A stretch of 64,000 nt of DNA from Chrysomallon squamiferum (taxonomy: Eukaryota; Animalia; Mollusca): assembly GCA_012295275.1 (NCBI GenBank), contig CM022672.1, positions 29,264,001 through 29,328,000 on the forward strand, given 5' to 3'. Position 1 is the first letter of the stretch, and each line of letters starts with the position of its first letter. Below are positions 1 to 14,423 of the stretch, piece after piece. Under the pieces are notes generated by a model. That model ran no database searches, had not been told where the DNA came from, and worked only from the letters and a program-made list of their open reading frames with translations. Position numbers and translations under genes: made by a program.

Positions 1-1760
1 GGTCAGGTCAAAAGTTCTTTATAAAGTGATATAAGAAATGACGTCTCGTCAGTGTTGACAAGATACAAATTATAAATAAGCTCAAAGTGATAAAAACCTG
101 TCTTTGACAGATCTATCAGAGAATGTGTCTGTGACACTCAATCATTTGATGGTTGAAGATAAGAACATTACTCAATGTCAGATATACAGACTGGAATTAA
201 GTGAGTCCACCTTTGAACTAAAATTTATCTAAATTGTTTATATCATTCATATTTTTGTCTTTTTAAGTTATTATTATTATTATTATTATTATTTATTATC
301 TTTTTTCTTTTTTAAATTAATTTTTAGAATATACTCAAAATGAACCCTGCTTTGAAATTACATTTATTTATTTATTATATAATTTTGTTATATTTGTCTC
401 TTGCAAAATTTTTAGCTGATTAAAATTAAAAAAATAAAATAAAAATATTAAAACAAACAAACAAACATAAATAAATAATTAAATAAATAAAAAATTAAAC
501 AAAAATTTCATTTTATTTTAACTGCCATAACTGGTTAAAAAAGTAAATAAATAAAAATTTCCAAAAATAAAATAAAATAAATATAAAAAGGAGTAAATAA
601 CGTAGCATTTAAAAATAATGTATATCTGACTGGACTATTCTTCTATACATCAGAATATTTGTATTAATAATTGTGTTCTAATAAAACAAATAAATTTAGT
701 TCATAAATGCTACTCTTAACAATTTATTTTTTTTCATTTTTAATCTACATTACAATAAAAATGGTGCTTGTGATCCTGAACATATTGAATATTGCAAAGA
801 TATTATATTGATACATAGGTAGATTTTAAAATAATTTAATTATTAATTTTAGATTGCTGCAACAGTTCATTTTTTTTTTTTTTATCATTAAATATTTTCA
901 TTTTAAACACATGAAGTGTAATAAAATTCTAAAAATATTATTCAAATCATTACATGTCTTTTAGTTATAACAGTGTATATTATTTGAATGTCTTAGCATT
1001 TCGTATACGTATTTTTTATTTCATTAATAATTTAATAAATTTTATGCTTACTTAATATTTTCGCATTGCGGCATTCTCTCGAATCTAATAAAATTGTTGT
1101 TTTTCACGTATATTTGTTTACTGTACTTAAAATATATGTGCCTACGGTGGTGTGTTTCAAATATCGGATAATACTTTTATTAATGATACTAGGTTTAAAA
1201 GAATCGGTCATTTAATTCTGACAGTTAATTTTCTGACTCAGTCTTTTAAATATAAAATGAAATTGACAGTGACAGCTAACTAATCGGAATTTTTATCAAA
1301 CGAACTCGACATATTATTAGAAAAACAAGCTGTAAATATATACAAAAATGTCCAAACAACAGTTACTGTACCTGCTAATTTAACTACTATAATGCCAGAG
1401 ATATTCAGGTAAATGTTCTTTCAGTCCACAATTAAAAAACAGCAGAGAAAGATCAGCCACAAATTTCCAATCCGCCCTCCTCGATTTTCACCATTAAGCT
1501 TTCATAATCGACTGGTTCTACTTGTCTTGTGACTTATATTGTTGCGGAATACTTTAGAAAAGAACAGTTGTTCTTAACGAAACTTGCCGAATAGAAAACT
1601 AATGATGACGTAAAGTGCCGGAGATTACTACCACCTAATACAAATGATTTATTAATGCCAGATTAATTTAAAAAGTTTTGTTTTTATTTTAAACCAGCTA
1701 ACTAAATAAATAAACCTTACCGAAATACACAAGTCCGACAAATCGTAGCATAACTAATTT

Positions 1761-1802
<42 letters not shown>

Positions 1803-2096
1803 ATTTTAATTTATTTTTCTCTTACACTCATCCTTTCTGTATGTTAATATTTCTACTACTGTTACTACAAGTACTACTCCTGCTGCTGCTACATAACGAC
1901 AACAACTATCACTACTACTACTGCTACTAGTACTACCTCTGCTGCTACTGTTGTTGTTGTTGTTATTCTTATATTTTAATTATTATAAAAATAAAATGTC
2001 AACCTAAAAGAGAACAAAAGTTAATGGTAATCGATAATAATAGAAATAATAATGATGATTGTGATGATAATGATAACAACAACACCAACAACAATA

Positions 2097-2152
<56 letters not shown>

Positions 2153-3028
2153 TAATAATTGATGATGATGATGATGATTTTTCAATATTGTGTAATGTAA
2201 TTCCTATATGATGGTCACAAACCTGTGTGATCTTCTTTGACTATTGGTAGATAAAACTCCACTGTATCGACTTTTTACGTTTATCAGAAGGCGCACATAA
2301 ATTATTCTTTACTGCTAATAAAAAACAACAAAAAAGTGCATTGCTACATTAGTTATTTGTATGTTATTAAGCGTTTAATGTCATATAATATTAGATTAAA
2401 AATGAGTTGTATAACTCATTAATTGAAACCTTTCTTCCTTCTTTCTTTATTTCATTTTTCTCCCAACGGTCGTAACTATACAAAAATCATTAATATTAAA
2501 ATATTCAGTGACATTGAAATACTTTTTAGACATTAAATTACTAAGCGTAACTTCAAAACATCTTTTTGTTATGTATTAATAATATAGCCAATAACACACG
2601 TATTGTGTTTTTCAATATAAACAATTACATTGTAAAGGGAGACAACTTCACAAGTACAATTCACTTCAGAATTTCACTGCTTATTTCCCTTAATTGCCTT
2701 CATTTCTATTTTATTAAAATTATGATACTGGACAAGAAAAATTATATTATTAGAAGGTTATTAACAGTGAGTGCACTTGAGGATATCGTGTACAAATATT
2801 ACTTTAGAGGAACTGGAGTTCAGTTATTAGAATTGCATATCAAAGATAATTTTTCTCTTTATAGTCTGTGTCAGTGAAATGTTAATTTAAAGATGGGTTA
2901 GTACATGTGCTCCTTTTTCCCTGTAGGAAGATGAATTAAAAATATAATGGAATGACGTGAATCCATGGATTTATAAAATATAATAGATAAAATACTTACC
3001 TAAATGTGAGTCGCGGAACTCGCAGAAC

Positions 3029-3137
<109 letters not shown>

Positions 3138-3445
3138 AATAATGCCTGCAACCTTTTCAAATAATAATTATTCCCTGGTAAAATCCCCCCTTTTCTGAAA
3201 TCCTGGTTCCGTCCCTGTACAGAAAACGTCGAACTCAGTAAACGAGTGTTATTTGTTGCGACATCTGGCATAAAATTTCAAATAGAAACAAGGAAAATAA
3301 CTTTCTCCTCGTTTTATTCCAGTAAGATCGGTCAGTTTTAATTGATTTATTTCATGATATGTGCATTGTTGTATCTACTTAAATTACTTGCATTACATAT
3401 AAAATATTATCAACTTAATCACTGGGTTCTTCTATTTAAATAATC

Positions 3446-3507
<62 letters not shown>

Positions 3508-4625
3508 ATTATCTGTATATATATTTAAAATAATTGCTTTTGATCTTAATGTTTATTAAAATTATTTCCGTTATAACGTATAATATTTCTTTGTCAATAA
3601 TTTCCCACCGTTTTTTTTTTTTCTATCTTATGAAATGTCAGAAAAAAAAAATTATTTGTTGAATTTTAAAGTGTATTTTTAAATCACTTGAATATATCTG
3701 TTCAAGTATCTATTTAATCATCTGAGTTTTAACATTTAGAATGTTTATTTATTAAACAAACTGGATGAAATATTTTTGCCTTTAACACTGACACGTGATT
3801 TTCAAAACTGGATTCATTAATTCAGATTATTATTTAAATCTAAACAGAACATGTGGCCCTTTCGACTAACTGTCTGGATTATTACTATTCTTCGTTTCGT
3901 TTATTTTCTCGAGTTTGATTTAATCTAAATATATATATATATATTTCTGAGAAGTCAATAACATAGACTGTGTTTCGCAACGTCAGGAAGTAAATAGGAA
4001 CATGTGGTTTTGACACGAAAATAGATTAGTTGTGACTGTATGATTTATCGATGGCGTTATAACAGCAAGTATATAGCTACCACTGCTACAGCCACAACTA
4101 CTACTACCATTATTATTTGCTTACAGTATTACCACTACTATACAACTACAGTTATCACTATGACTACTACTATTAATATCTGCTTATACTACTACAACTC
4201 CTACTGCTGCTGCAGCTTCACTTACCACTATAGTTCCTACTGATACTGCTACTAGTACTATGACTACTACTACTATCATTACTGCCATTATTACTATACA
4301 CAGGCCTATTTATTTATTTATTTCTTATAAAGTTTATTTCATCTTTGAAATATTGTCGATCCTATGTTTGTAATGATTCTTTACAATTATTACATTTGCT
4401 ACAGATGTTGTTACGTGCTAGTAGTTCTTATTACTTATTAATAGGCTTTGAGTTGTTTGATGTAATATCTCAGATTATTACAGATCGTTCTGTCTCTTGT
4501 TCAGCCTAGAACATAGAAAAGATCCCAGCAATGAAAATATCAGCTGCAGAGAATGACCTGATATCTTCGAAATTAGTTAACTGCTTTATGAAACATAATA
4601 AATTTGTTTTTCTTTATGCATATAT

Positions 4626-4706
<81 letters not shown>

Positions 4707-5132
4707 CACTGTATCACGCTGAAATATATATTATTTAATATATATATTCAATATAATCAAAGTAGTAATAGCAATACTAAATAAATAACTCAACAACAAT
4801 AAGAACGACAAAAAAAAGAAGAAAAAAAAGGAAGAAAAAAAAGAAAATAATAATAATAATAAAGTAATGAATTAATAAAATGAAATATATTTTATTAAAT
4901 AAATAAACAGAGAATTAATGAGAAATACTTTGAAGTGTTGTGTTTGAAGAAGCAATAACAATATTATAAAATCGATCAATCTGTGGATGAAGAAAATAAA
5001 CAACAGGTGTTGACTAGCTGAAAAATCTATTATTCTGAACATTCTACTTAACCTTGTTGCAAACTTTTTATATGATTCCTAATTTATTCGAGCAACTGAC
5101 AAAAGCAGACGGCGTCTGAAGATTTTCTAGGA

Positions 5133-6445
5133 ATGATCAGGTAAGCTATAAAGGTTGATGAAATTTCATTTTCATTTTTCTTTCTTTCTTTCATTCGTTC
5201 ATTCTTTCTTTCTTCTTCTTAACTTTAACTTCCTAATATTGAAGTAGTATCAGCTGTTAATTGATCAAGTTTCTGTGTGATTGATTTCCATATAATGTAT
5301 ATAAGTTTCTCACACAATTATTATTATTATTATTGTTGTTGTTGTTTTGTTATTTTAGAGTGTGAAGTCAGTATATATTTCATTTCATTCATTTATTATA
5401 TGATTTCTCTACTGACAGGTATCTGAAAAAACAGACGATAAGGAAACATCGGCGAATATGGAACTACCTCGTGCTCTTAATGGCAATGTTTTTAATCACA
5501 TACATTATCAAACCAGAACTCTTCAATGTTCATTTTATTTTTAATGAGCTAAATGGAATGCCATTAAAAATGACGTCATACAATGACGTCACAAGGACAG
5601 CAAGTGAGAACGCTATCTCTGAAAAAGCTGTGTTCCATGGCCCTTTGCCTTTTGACTTCAAGTATAGCATTAACCACGTGGATGCGTGCAACAGCCCGCA
5701 TGAAATTGTTGTAATTGTAACAAGTGCTAGATCGAACAAAAACAACAGAGAAGTTATAAGGAAAACGTGGGGTTCAAACTCTGTCAGAAATAAATACAAC
5801 TTCACAGTGTTATTTCTATTTGGTTTGGATCACGAGAAAAATGACACAAGTTCACTTAGGCCAGAAGACGCCCAACATCACGACGTCATTGAAGCTAATT
5901 TTATAGACAGCTACGATAACTTGACGTTGAAAAGTCTGGCCATGCTAAACTGGTTTACAACTTACTGTCAGAACGCAAAATATCTGTTAAAGTGTGACGA
6001 CGATGTGTATGTGAACTTCAAGGTTCTCACTGAAATTCTGAAAAATGTAACATACGTAACAAAGTTTGTTGTGGGTCAAGTACAGCCTATTATACCAGTG
6101 ATTCGAGAAGACGACAGGAGACACCACTACAGGAAATGGGCATTATCAGAGGAAGAGTACAGTGATAAATTTTATCCAGCCTACATCCAAGGCAGTGCCT
6201 ACATCATATCTGGCAGTGCGGTGCCGTCATTGTATGGGGCAAGTAACAGAGTACATTTTGTGAGGATTGAAGATGTTTTCATCACCGGTTTTTGCGCCAA
6301 CATGGCCGGCATACGACGTCTACATATGAGATGTATTATTTATCCCGAACCAAAGTATATAAAATTCGTTGCCTTTGGTAAAAACCTGTCACCGAAATTA
6401 ATAGAACAATATCACAAACGAATGATGAAAGTGAAATTTGTTTAA
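5133..6445 (+). CDS. GT31 beta-1,3-galactosyltransferase-like (B3GALT1/B3GALT5-like) type II Golgi enzyme, paralogue A; join(5133..5140,5419..6445), 344 aa
   Basis: ORF 5471-6445 carries GT31 motifs (R..IRKTWG, F.DSYDNLTLKS, KCDDDVY DxD, YPAYIQGSAY, IEDVFITG). The track start is a GTG. The frame extends to a ctgacag| acceptor at 5418, and ATG ATC AG|gtaagc at 5133-5140 joins in phase 2 to give MIRYLKKQTIRKHRRIWNYLVLLMAMFLITYII (basic tail plus TM helix). Family is secure; the first exon is inferred. Confidence 0.9.
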
Positions 6446-6544
6446 ACAACCTTAACAAGTCATTTGTGTATTATGTGTTAAATTATGTGTATTGTGTTTA
6501 TAGCGACTTAAGGAAACCACATATAATCAATCCACTTTGGTATT

Positions 6545-6638
<94 letters not shown>

Positions 6639-7051
6639 CAACACACGCATAAACACTCACAAACGTATGCACACACCCATTCTCAGTATCAAAGATGACA
6701 ATATATCACAATTATATAGGCCTATGTTCTGAATAATCAAAATTCTGTTTCGTTTGTCTTCTGTTGTGAATATTCCACGGGTTTCTTATTGATTTATTAT
6801 GACGTAACTTAACTGTGATAATGTGTATTAAAGTGTGCCTGTGGTGACACGAATGAATGCATCATAAAGTTTCTTTTTTTTTTAAAGTCTTTATACTTGT
6901 AAGTTTTTATTTTATTGTTTTAGTAAACTGTCACAGTACGAGCATAAAATAATATTGCTACAAAACTTTTGAGCGCCGCCATTTTATCCCGTCATAAAAT
7001 CATCATGGCAAGAATAAAGTAAACTTAAAATTCCAGCACACATTTTAGAAA

Positions 7052-7088
<37 letters not shown>

Positions 7089-7835
7089 CCTGTGTGTGTG
7101 TGTATATATATACATATATTCATTCAACAATGTATTGGTCGACTTATGTTAAAAGCAACAACATTCAAGTCAGGTTTTGTGATGTGTAATGACTTTTCAT
7201 CGATTACCATTTGAACGGACGCCATATGTTTAAAAACAACTGACGGTTCCAGCCGTTTTCACAGCAGCTTATTATGTAAAAAACAACAACAACAAAACAA
7301 CAACAACAACAACAAGAAAAAACAACAACAAATAAACAAAAAACGACTAGTAAATGTTGATTCGCTGTGAATTACTGAAATACATTTACTAATAATTTAG
7401 TCAATATGCAAACGCTTCTCTTTCTTTCACATTTTTTCAGAGGATGACTGTGTGTGTGTGTGTGTGCGCGCGCGCACTCACATACTACATACATATATAC
7501 ACACACTACATATATATCTGGGTATATGTATAAATTGGAGAGAGAAAAAAATGGGGAGGATAACTTGGAATTAAGCTAAATATGTTGTAATTAATTGTAA
7601 TATGTATCAGATAATGGATAATAAATATGTATGTGTTCTGAAGTATGTAATATATATATTATAATACACAAACATAAAATGTTCAATATATGATCGATAA
7701 AACTAATAAGATATACAGTATTATTCAAAGTATTATAATGTTTACTAAATTAGCATTAATTCTGTAGCACTAATATTTAAAATGAATTGTACAAAATGTT
7801 CCTAATAAAATTGTCCATTGTTCTAATATTAAGTC

Positions 7836-8234
7836 AAGTAATATTTGTGACACATATACGCGCACGTACATACACACATACATACATGCACACCCATACG
7901 TACATACATACATACACAAACAAACACACATACATAAATGCACTCATGCGCACATAAATTAATACATACACACATACATGGAAACTATCATACATTTAAG
8001 AGATTACATTTGATGTAAATAAAAAAATAGTTCGTAAGATGTATTAACGCAAGTATTATTTATGACACATATACACAGACATACATTACATGGACACACG
8101 TACGTACATACACAAACATACACACATACATAAGGGCACTCATGCGCACATACATTTATAAATACACACATCATGGAAACTATAATACATTTGAGAGATT
8201 ACATCTGATGTGAATAAAAACAAGTTCATAAGAT
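7836..8234. repeat. ~200-bp degenerate tandem duplication
   Basis: Both halves share gcactcatgcgcacata...catggaaactat.atacattt.agagattacat.tgatgt.aataaaaa...agttc.taagat. Confidence 0.8.
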
Positions 8235-8408
8235 AAATACAGAGAATACCTTAAGTCAAACACTGTAATCAAATGTGACTACAAATGTACAACAAAGATC
8301 AAATTTTAAAGACAATCCAAAAATGGATCAGGGTTTAAATGGGTCACACGTCACAACGAAAATAAGTCTCTAGGTGATGACGTAGATATAAATAAAATAA
8401 AATAAAAT

Positions 8409-8462
<54 letters not shown>

Positions 8463-8698
8463 CACACACGTTAATTCATCGATCTATAAATAAATATATT
8501 AGCACGTATGTTAAGCGCAACAACTCTGAAGCCAAGTTGTGTGGTGTTTAATCACTTTTGATCGATTACGAATTGATTGGATGCCATATGTTTCTAGCTT
8601 TAATGTGCATTGTATCCCTGACTTTTAAATAAAACGTCATATACAAGTTAACCGTATTCTGTTCAGTATTGCTGGAACGTGTAAAAAATCAGTGCATT

Positions 8699-8729
<31 letters not shown>

Positions 8730-8998
8730 GTGTGTGTTTGTGTGTGTGAGCTCATGTGCTCGCGTTTGTGTGATTTAGGAAAACCCTTATAATACCAGAA
8801 CGTGACGGACATACTTGTCTAATGTGCGACAGATTACCGATCTATCGCCGTCCATGAGCCCTGTGAATAATATCTCGTTCAGACTGAGGTTCTTTAACTG
8901 GTTGGCAAAGGCTGTGGTATGCCCTGTCTATTTCTGCTCGAAGCTAAATTGAACATGTCATAAAAAAATATAAAAAAATGTGTATATATTGCATTTTC

Positions 8999-9038
<40 letters not shown>

Positions 9039-9048
9039 ACCACGTTTA

Positions 9049-9086
<38 letters not shown>

Positions 9087-10402
9087 AATCTCTTTTTTAT
9101 GTCCAAACCAGTTATCAAGTCTTGATTAGTGTTTCTAAAACTAATTGCAGTGTCAATCCATTTCCAGTCTGTATCGCAAAATTTCTTTATATTTTTAGTA
9201 ATTTTTATATATTTTTTCCACTGAAACCAAATAATGAAAATATATGTCAGATAAAATTTCCTTTCTTGGATGAACCATTCAACAGTTTAAAAAACCCTGG
9301 TTAAGATGATATACAAACTACTCAAAGGTTTTCAAACTTATTTTATAGCTTTCCAAAGTTTAGTTTCTCATGATATTTAACCCGAACAATAATGCATGTT
9401 ATTTTTTTTTTTCCTAAACAACTTGTGTAATCTTGTTCCTATCGTCAAGATCAGCAATCTTAAAAGCCTATGACGTCATTAATGCGAGTTTCCACGTCAC
9501 TAAGAAATGTAAACAAACAGACCGCCATCTTTTTTCTTGTTTGGACAATGACAGGTCTCGATGTGTATGATCAAGTTTAGATTTGTGTCAGTGTATTGGT
9601 AGTTACTAAAGCCATGTTTAACAACAATTTATGTTTTGAGCAGGAAAAATAAATAAATAAATAACTGTAAAAAAGTACAGAGGAGAGAATGTGTTATTTT
9701 AAGTGGGAGGGGATCAATACTGTGAAAATAATTTTCATGTAACATTAGTTGTTATTATTCTTGCTCGCTATTAAGAAGAATCGGCGGGGTAAAAAAAAAA
9801 AAAATCAAAATACTAATAAAATAAATCGATAAATACATATGTATCGAATTATATACAGTTTATGTTACTTAAATATTCATCGTTTCATAAATAAATGTTT
9901 TCATTTAGATCCAGGCCTTGAAAAAACCCAAGTAGTTTTCTTCAGCATTTTGGTAAGAAATGATTTAAAGCTGGTTTTCTGTGTGTGTGCGTATGCGTGT
10001 GTGTGTGTGTGTGTTATTTTAGAAATACATTGATGTGACCTGAATCGCCATCATCACCATAATCAGCATCAAAATCATCATCTCATTATTAAAACAGCTA
10101 TGGGCTACTGAGCAGAATGGGAAATACAGTATGTTCACTTAATAAATTGTCCTTTGTCGATTTTGGTAACACAGTATATAACGTTACTGGGAGGGAACAA
10201 AACGTCATAGCTTTTTAAATGAAATTCAAAGACAATAATTAAATATTTGTACATAGCTTTATTTAATTACATTTTGTTCACCTTTCAGAATATATATATG
10301 ATTTATGTATGTTTCTTTGAAATCTTATTCTCAAGTGCCTCTTGAACTTCTGTTTCAAATCAATATATTCATCTTAAAAATAATACTTTGCCTTTCAAAT
10401 AA

Positions 10403-10437
<35 letters not shown>

Positions 10438-12184
10438 ATACATACATAAAATAAAATATAATATAATAAAATAAAATTATGATGATGAAACGATATTGAT
10501 GATAATGACGATGATGACGATGATAACTGTTATGAAGACATTTATGATGATGATGCTGATAATAAATAAAACTGATATTTATACAGAGCGGTCGGATGTT
10601 AATAACGTTCAAATGCGCTTAATAATACTGCTAAATAAGATCACAAATCTGGACTAAAACACAGAGGAATAAAATACTTTAGACGTATTGATGTGCATTT
10701 TAAAAAGGAAAAATTTGAGATTTCATTTAAATCATCTGATAGTTTGCAATTCTATAACTGATGATTCTCAAAGCAAAATCACCAAAAAAAACACAACAAC
10801 AGCGTATTAGTTTGTGATACAAGCAGCAAACTTTTATCAGAAAAACACGATGATCATAAGCGATTACAAATACACAGATGCGCCTTGTCATTAAAAAAGA
10901 TTTGAACAAAAGCAGATGTTTTTTTTTTTTTTTCTTATTTTTAAAACATTAATTAATTAATTAATTTGTTTGTTTGTTATTAATTTAATTACTTTATTTA
11001 TTTATTTACATTTTTACTTACTTTTATTACATACTTACTTACTTACTTAATTACTTACATCATTAAAGCAATTTATTTAATGTCTTAGCTTCATTGTTTT
11101 CAGAGTTAAAGAACCATGCTGGATATTCTAAAACAGAAAACGTCTCTGAGCAGCGCGATGATGAACATCAGCTGCGGGTGATGATCACAAAGACATTTTC
11201 TGAAAGAGATTCTTTGTTTAGGACGATAACGTGGATGATTATGAGGAGGGGGAGGAGGAGGAGGTGTATGTGGATGTGACGGAACCTCATTAATATCTCT
11301 TTGCCACACTTGTTTTTAACTGAAAGTTTGTTTTCTACGTAATGAATTATATAATATTCACAAAATACTTATTTTAATATGCCCATTTAAAGCAGAATGT
11401 CTGCTACATTTTATCTGAAGTATATTATTATTTTACGGAATATTTATTTAGCTATCTTGTATAATTATGTTTATAATTTATATTTTTACAGGTCTTAAAT
11501 GTTTACCGAATTAATGTCAGAAAATGGGGTAAATACACAAAAACTAAATATCAGAGCGTATGCAGACGTACATGGGCAATTTAGAAACTGTATTATATAA
11601 TTAGGGGAAGTTCCGTTATTTTATAAACTAAGAAAAACTGGGATTAACAAACTGAAAATGGGCATTCAAAGTTGCAAAGTAAATTCAGAAAGGCTGTCTG
11701 CAGCCATGGGAATATACGTAGCAGCACGAGTTTTGAACGGGATCTCTTTGATCGGTGCCCTTCTTGCGACATGTTGTCTGAGGCCGCCTGCACAAGACAA
11801 AGGAAAACGCAGACAATGGTAAATATGTTTTAATGTTTTGTATATGTAGAACACATATTGAATGACTGAAGATAGCTAAATATATTACTGTTGAATTTTT
11901 TTTCTGTTATTCTGTGGTACGTACTTACGCTTAAAAACTAAGATAACATATGTCAATAATTAAAAGATTATTTAGAAAGATCAGGTAACCAACTCGAGTA
12001 ACAAAGTCTGTTTCTTCAAATAATTAGCACATATTTTATTGATTTAAAAACAAATAAATAAAAATTAAATTAAATTAAATTAAATAAATAAAAGAAGAAA
12101 AAAAATAAGAAGAAATGCTCTATTCAATGCATTTAAGAATGTGCTTATTTACATTTATATAATGTTGTGTGAGATGGAATTGTT

Positions 12185-12270
12185 CTCGGCATTTCCACGT
12201 CCCATCCAGTGCCAGTGATGGGTCTGTCGAAGACTGTGGTATGTCATGTCCTGTTTATAGGGAAGACATG
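12185..12270 (+). mobile_element. Degenerate SINE central-domain remnant (MetaSINE/MESC-like)
   Basis: ccagtgcc...ctgtggtatgtcatgtcctgtttatagggaa resembles 31980-32065 and the reverse complement of 51015-51075. Family assignment is from recollection of molluscan SINE consensus, not a search. Confidence 0.5.
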
Positions 12271-12567
12271 TTATGGTCAAGACTTTTTTTCCGAATAATG
12301 TTAATGATTCTTAATAATGTATCATGATCGAATTGACAGTCATGGGTATACAACATTTGACATCCTGGATTTGAACTTACCTCGCCTATTGTGCTTGGTT
12401 CTCTGGATCAAATCTCCTCGGTATCAGTGTTATACCGAATCAGTGTTATACAACTAATATATAAAAGGCCGTTGTTACATACACATATGCACATACAGCC
12501 CTGAAAACAGGATCGTCACCTAAGCAAGCCAGAATTTTCTCAAATCAGAACATCTTTCATGGTGTAT

Positions 12568-12711
<144 letters not shown>

Positions 12712-12961
12712 AGTATCCATGATAGTAATGAAGAAAGGCACGAAGAAGAAGAAGAACAACAACAACAACAAAAATGAAGTGGAAGAAGATAACACTGATA
12801 ATACTGATTACGGTGATGGTGACGACGACGACGACGATGATGATGATTATTACAATTACTATTATCATTGTCATCATCATTATTATTATTATTAAGATGA
12901 TAATGACGACGATGATGATAAAAAAGATTTAAATGATAATGATGATGATATTTCAGTTGCA

Positions 12962-14389
12962 TCAAGGACACAATTTACTAGCGTCTTTCAAAATACGATG
13001 AATATAAAAGAACATGGCGGGTTTTACAGTGAGTGAGCTCACGGCGAGGTTTTTTATCTTGCAGGCTCGTTTGGAATGGAAAAATAAGTCGTTTCTGTTG
13101 ACGAGACGTATCCCAGCAGCCTTTGAACACATACCAGTTATATATACGTCTTCAATTTTCAGTGGCGTCACTTGTGACGTAGCTTTGTATAAATCTGAAA
13201 CAGCTGGGCCTGAAATGACGTAAGCAGCTCCAAGCAAGTAGGCTGGAAAAGTATTGTTCGGATATTCTTCGTACGTTAACGCCCACTTCCGTCGCATCGG
13301 TTGCGTTTCGTTTCGGAGAACTCCGCCGTTGTTTCTCAGCGAACCGAACAAAAATTTCGTCGTAGCATCCTGCGTCCACAACGCGGCCAGAAGCACTTTA
13401 ACGTTCACGTATACATCGTCATCGACCTTGAGAACGAATTGAGCTGTTTTGCAATATGTGTTTGCCCACTGCAGCAGCGATATTGACTTCAGCGTCAGAT
13501 TGTCGTAAGTGTCTAGAAAATTCGATTGAATAATATCCATGTAGATTTCGTTTTCTCTCTCTACCAGAGACTGCATATGTGGCAGACGATCTTTCTGCTT
13601 GCCTATTAAAAACATTATCATAACTTGGTCCACGAAAAGTTCTTCTTGAGATCCCCAAGTACTGCGAATCACCTGACGTTCAAAAATATGTGAAAAACTG
13701 CTGCAGACGACAATCATTAATATCGGCTGCCACAGACATTTGTTATTAATCGTGAAATTGAACCTGAACTTGCTTTTAGGGGCAAATGTCAATGACCGAT
13801 GTTCTGCAGAGGTGTTGCCTCCCCTTGCTGTCAAGTAAAAGGTGACATTCACTGACACGTCATTTCTGTGTCTGACGAAGTCAAGAGGTGACTGCTGTCG
13901 GTTAATTAGCTTGATGATGATAAGAAACGTCACGGTTACCACGGCAACGAACGCTATTTTGTGAAGGAAGCTGTTTATTAATCGTAAACTGAAACGAAAA
14001 ATAAATAAATAATAATATCAACATCATCATCATCATCACCATCATCGTCATCATCACAATCAGCATCATTGCTATTATTATTATTATAAAGATAATGATA
14101 ATGATATTCTAAGTGTAGATATTAACTGGAAATCACAGATATACCAGTACGCTTGCAATCAAAACATATACACATGCACATAATACTTTTATCTGTGAAT
14201 CAAACCCTGTATGGATAATTAGATGGACTGATGCACGGATGGAAGTATAATGTGTGAATACATATATATACATATACACACCCATACACATACCGCACAT
14301 ACAGACACACACACAGACACACACATACACATACATATACATATATATATATATATATACACACACCCATACACATACCGCACATACAG

Positions 14390-14423
<34 letters not shown>

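Noticed and set aside
1-1410. + strand donors at about 201 (gtgagt) and 1409 (CAG|gtaaat) as exons of another gene or 5' exons of paralogue A
   Set aside because: No recognisable coding sequence or matching acceptors; cannot be assigned from sequence alone.
11155-11205. C/D snoRNA candidate (ATGATGA...GTGATGA...CTGA)
   Set aside because: Only ~46 nt from C to D, no D' box or terminal stem, no evident host intron, and TGATGA is abundant in this microsatellite-rich DNA.
12372-12385. Minus-strand donor GAG|gtaagt implying a 3' UTR intron in paralogue B
   Set aside because: An isolated motif with no identifiable partner acceptor or exon.
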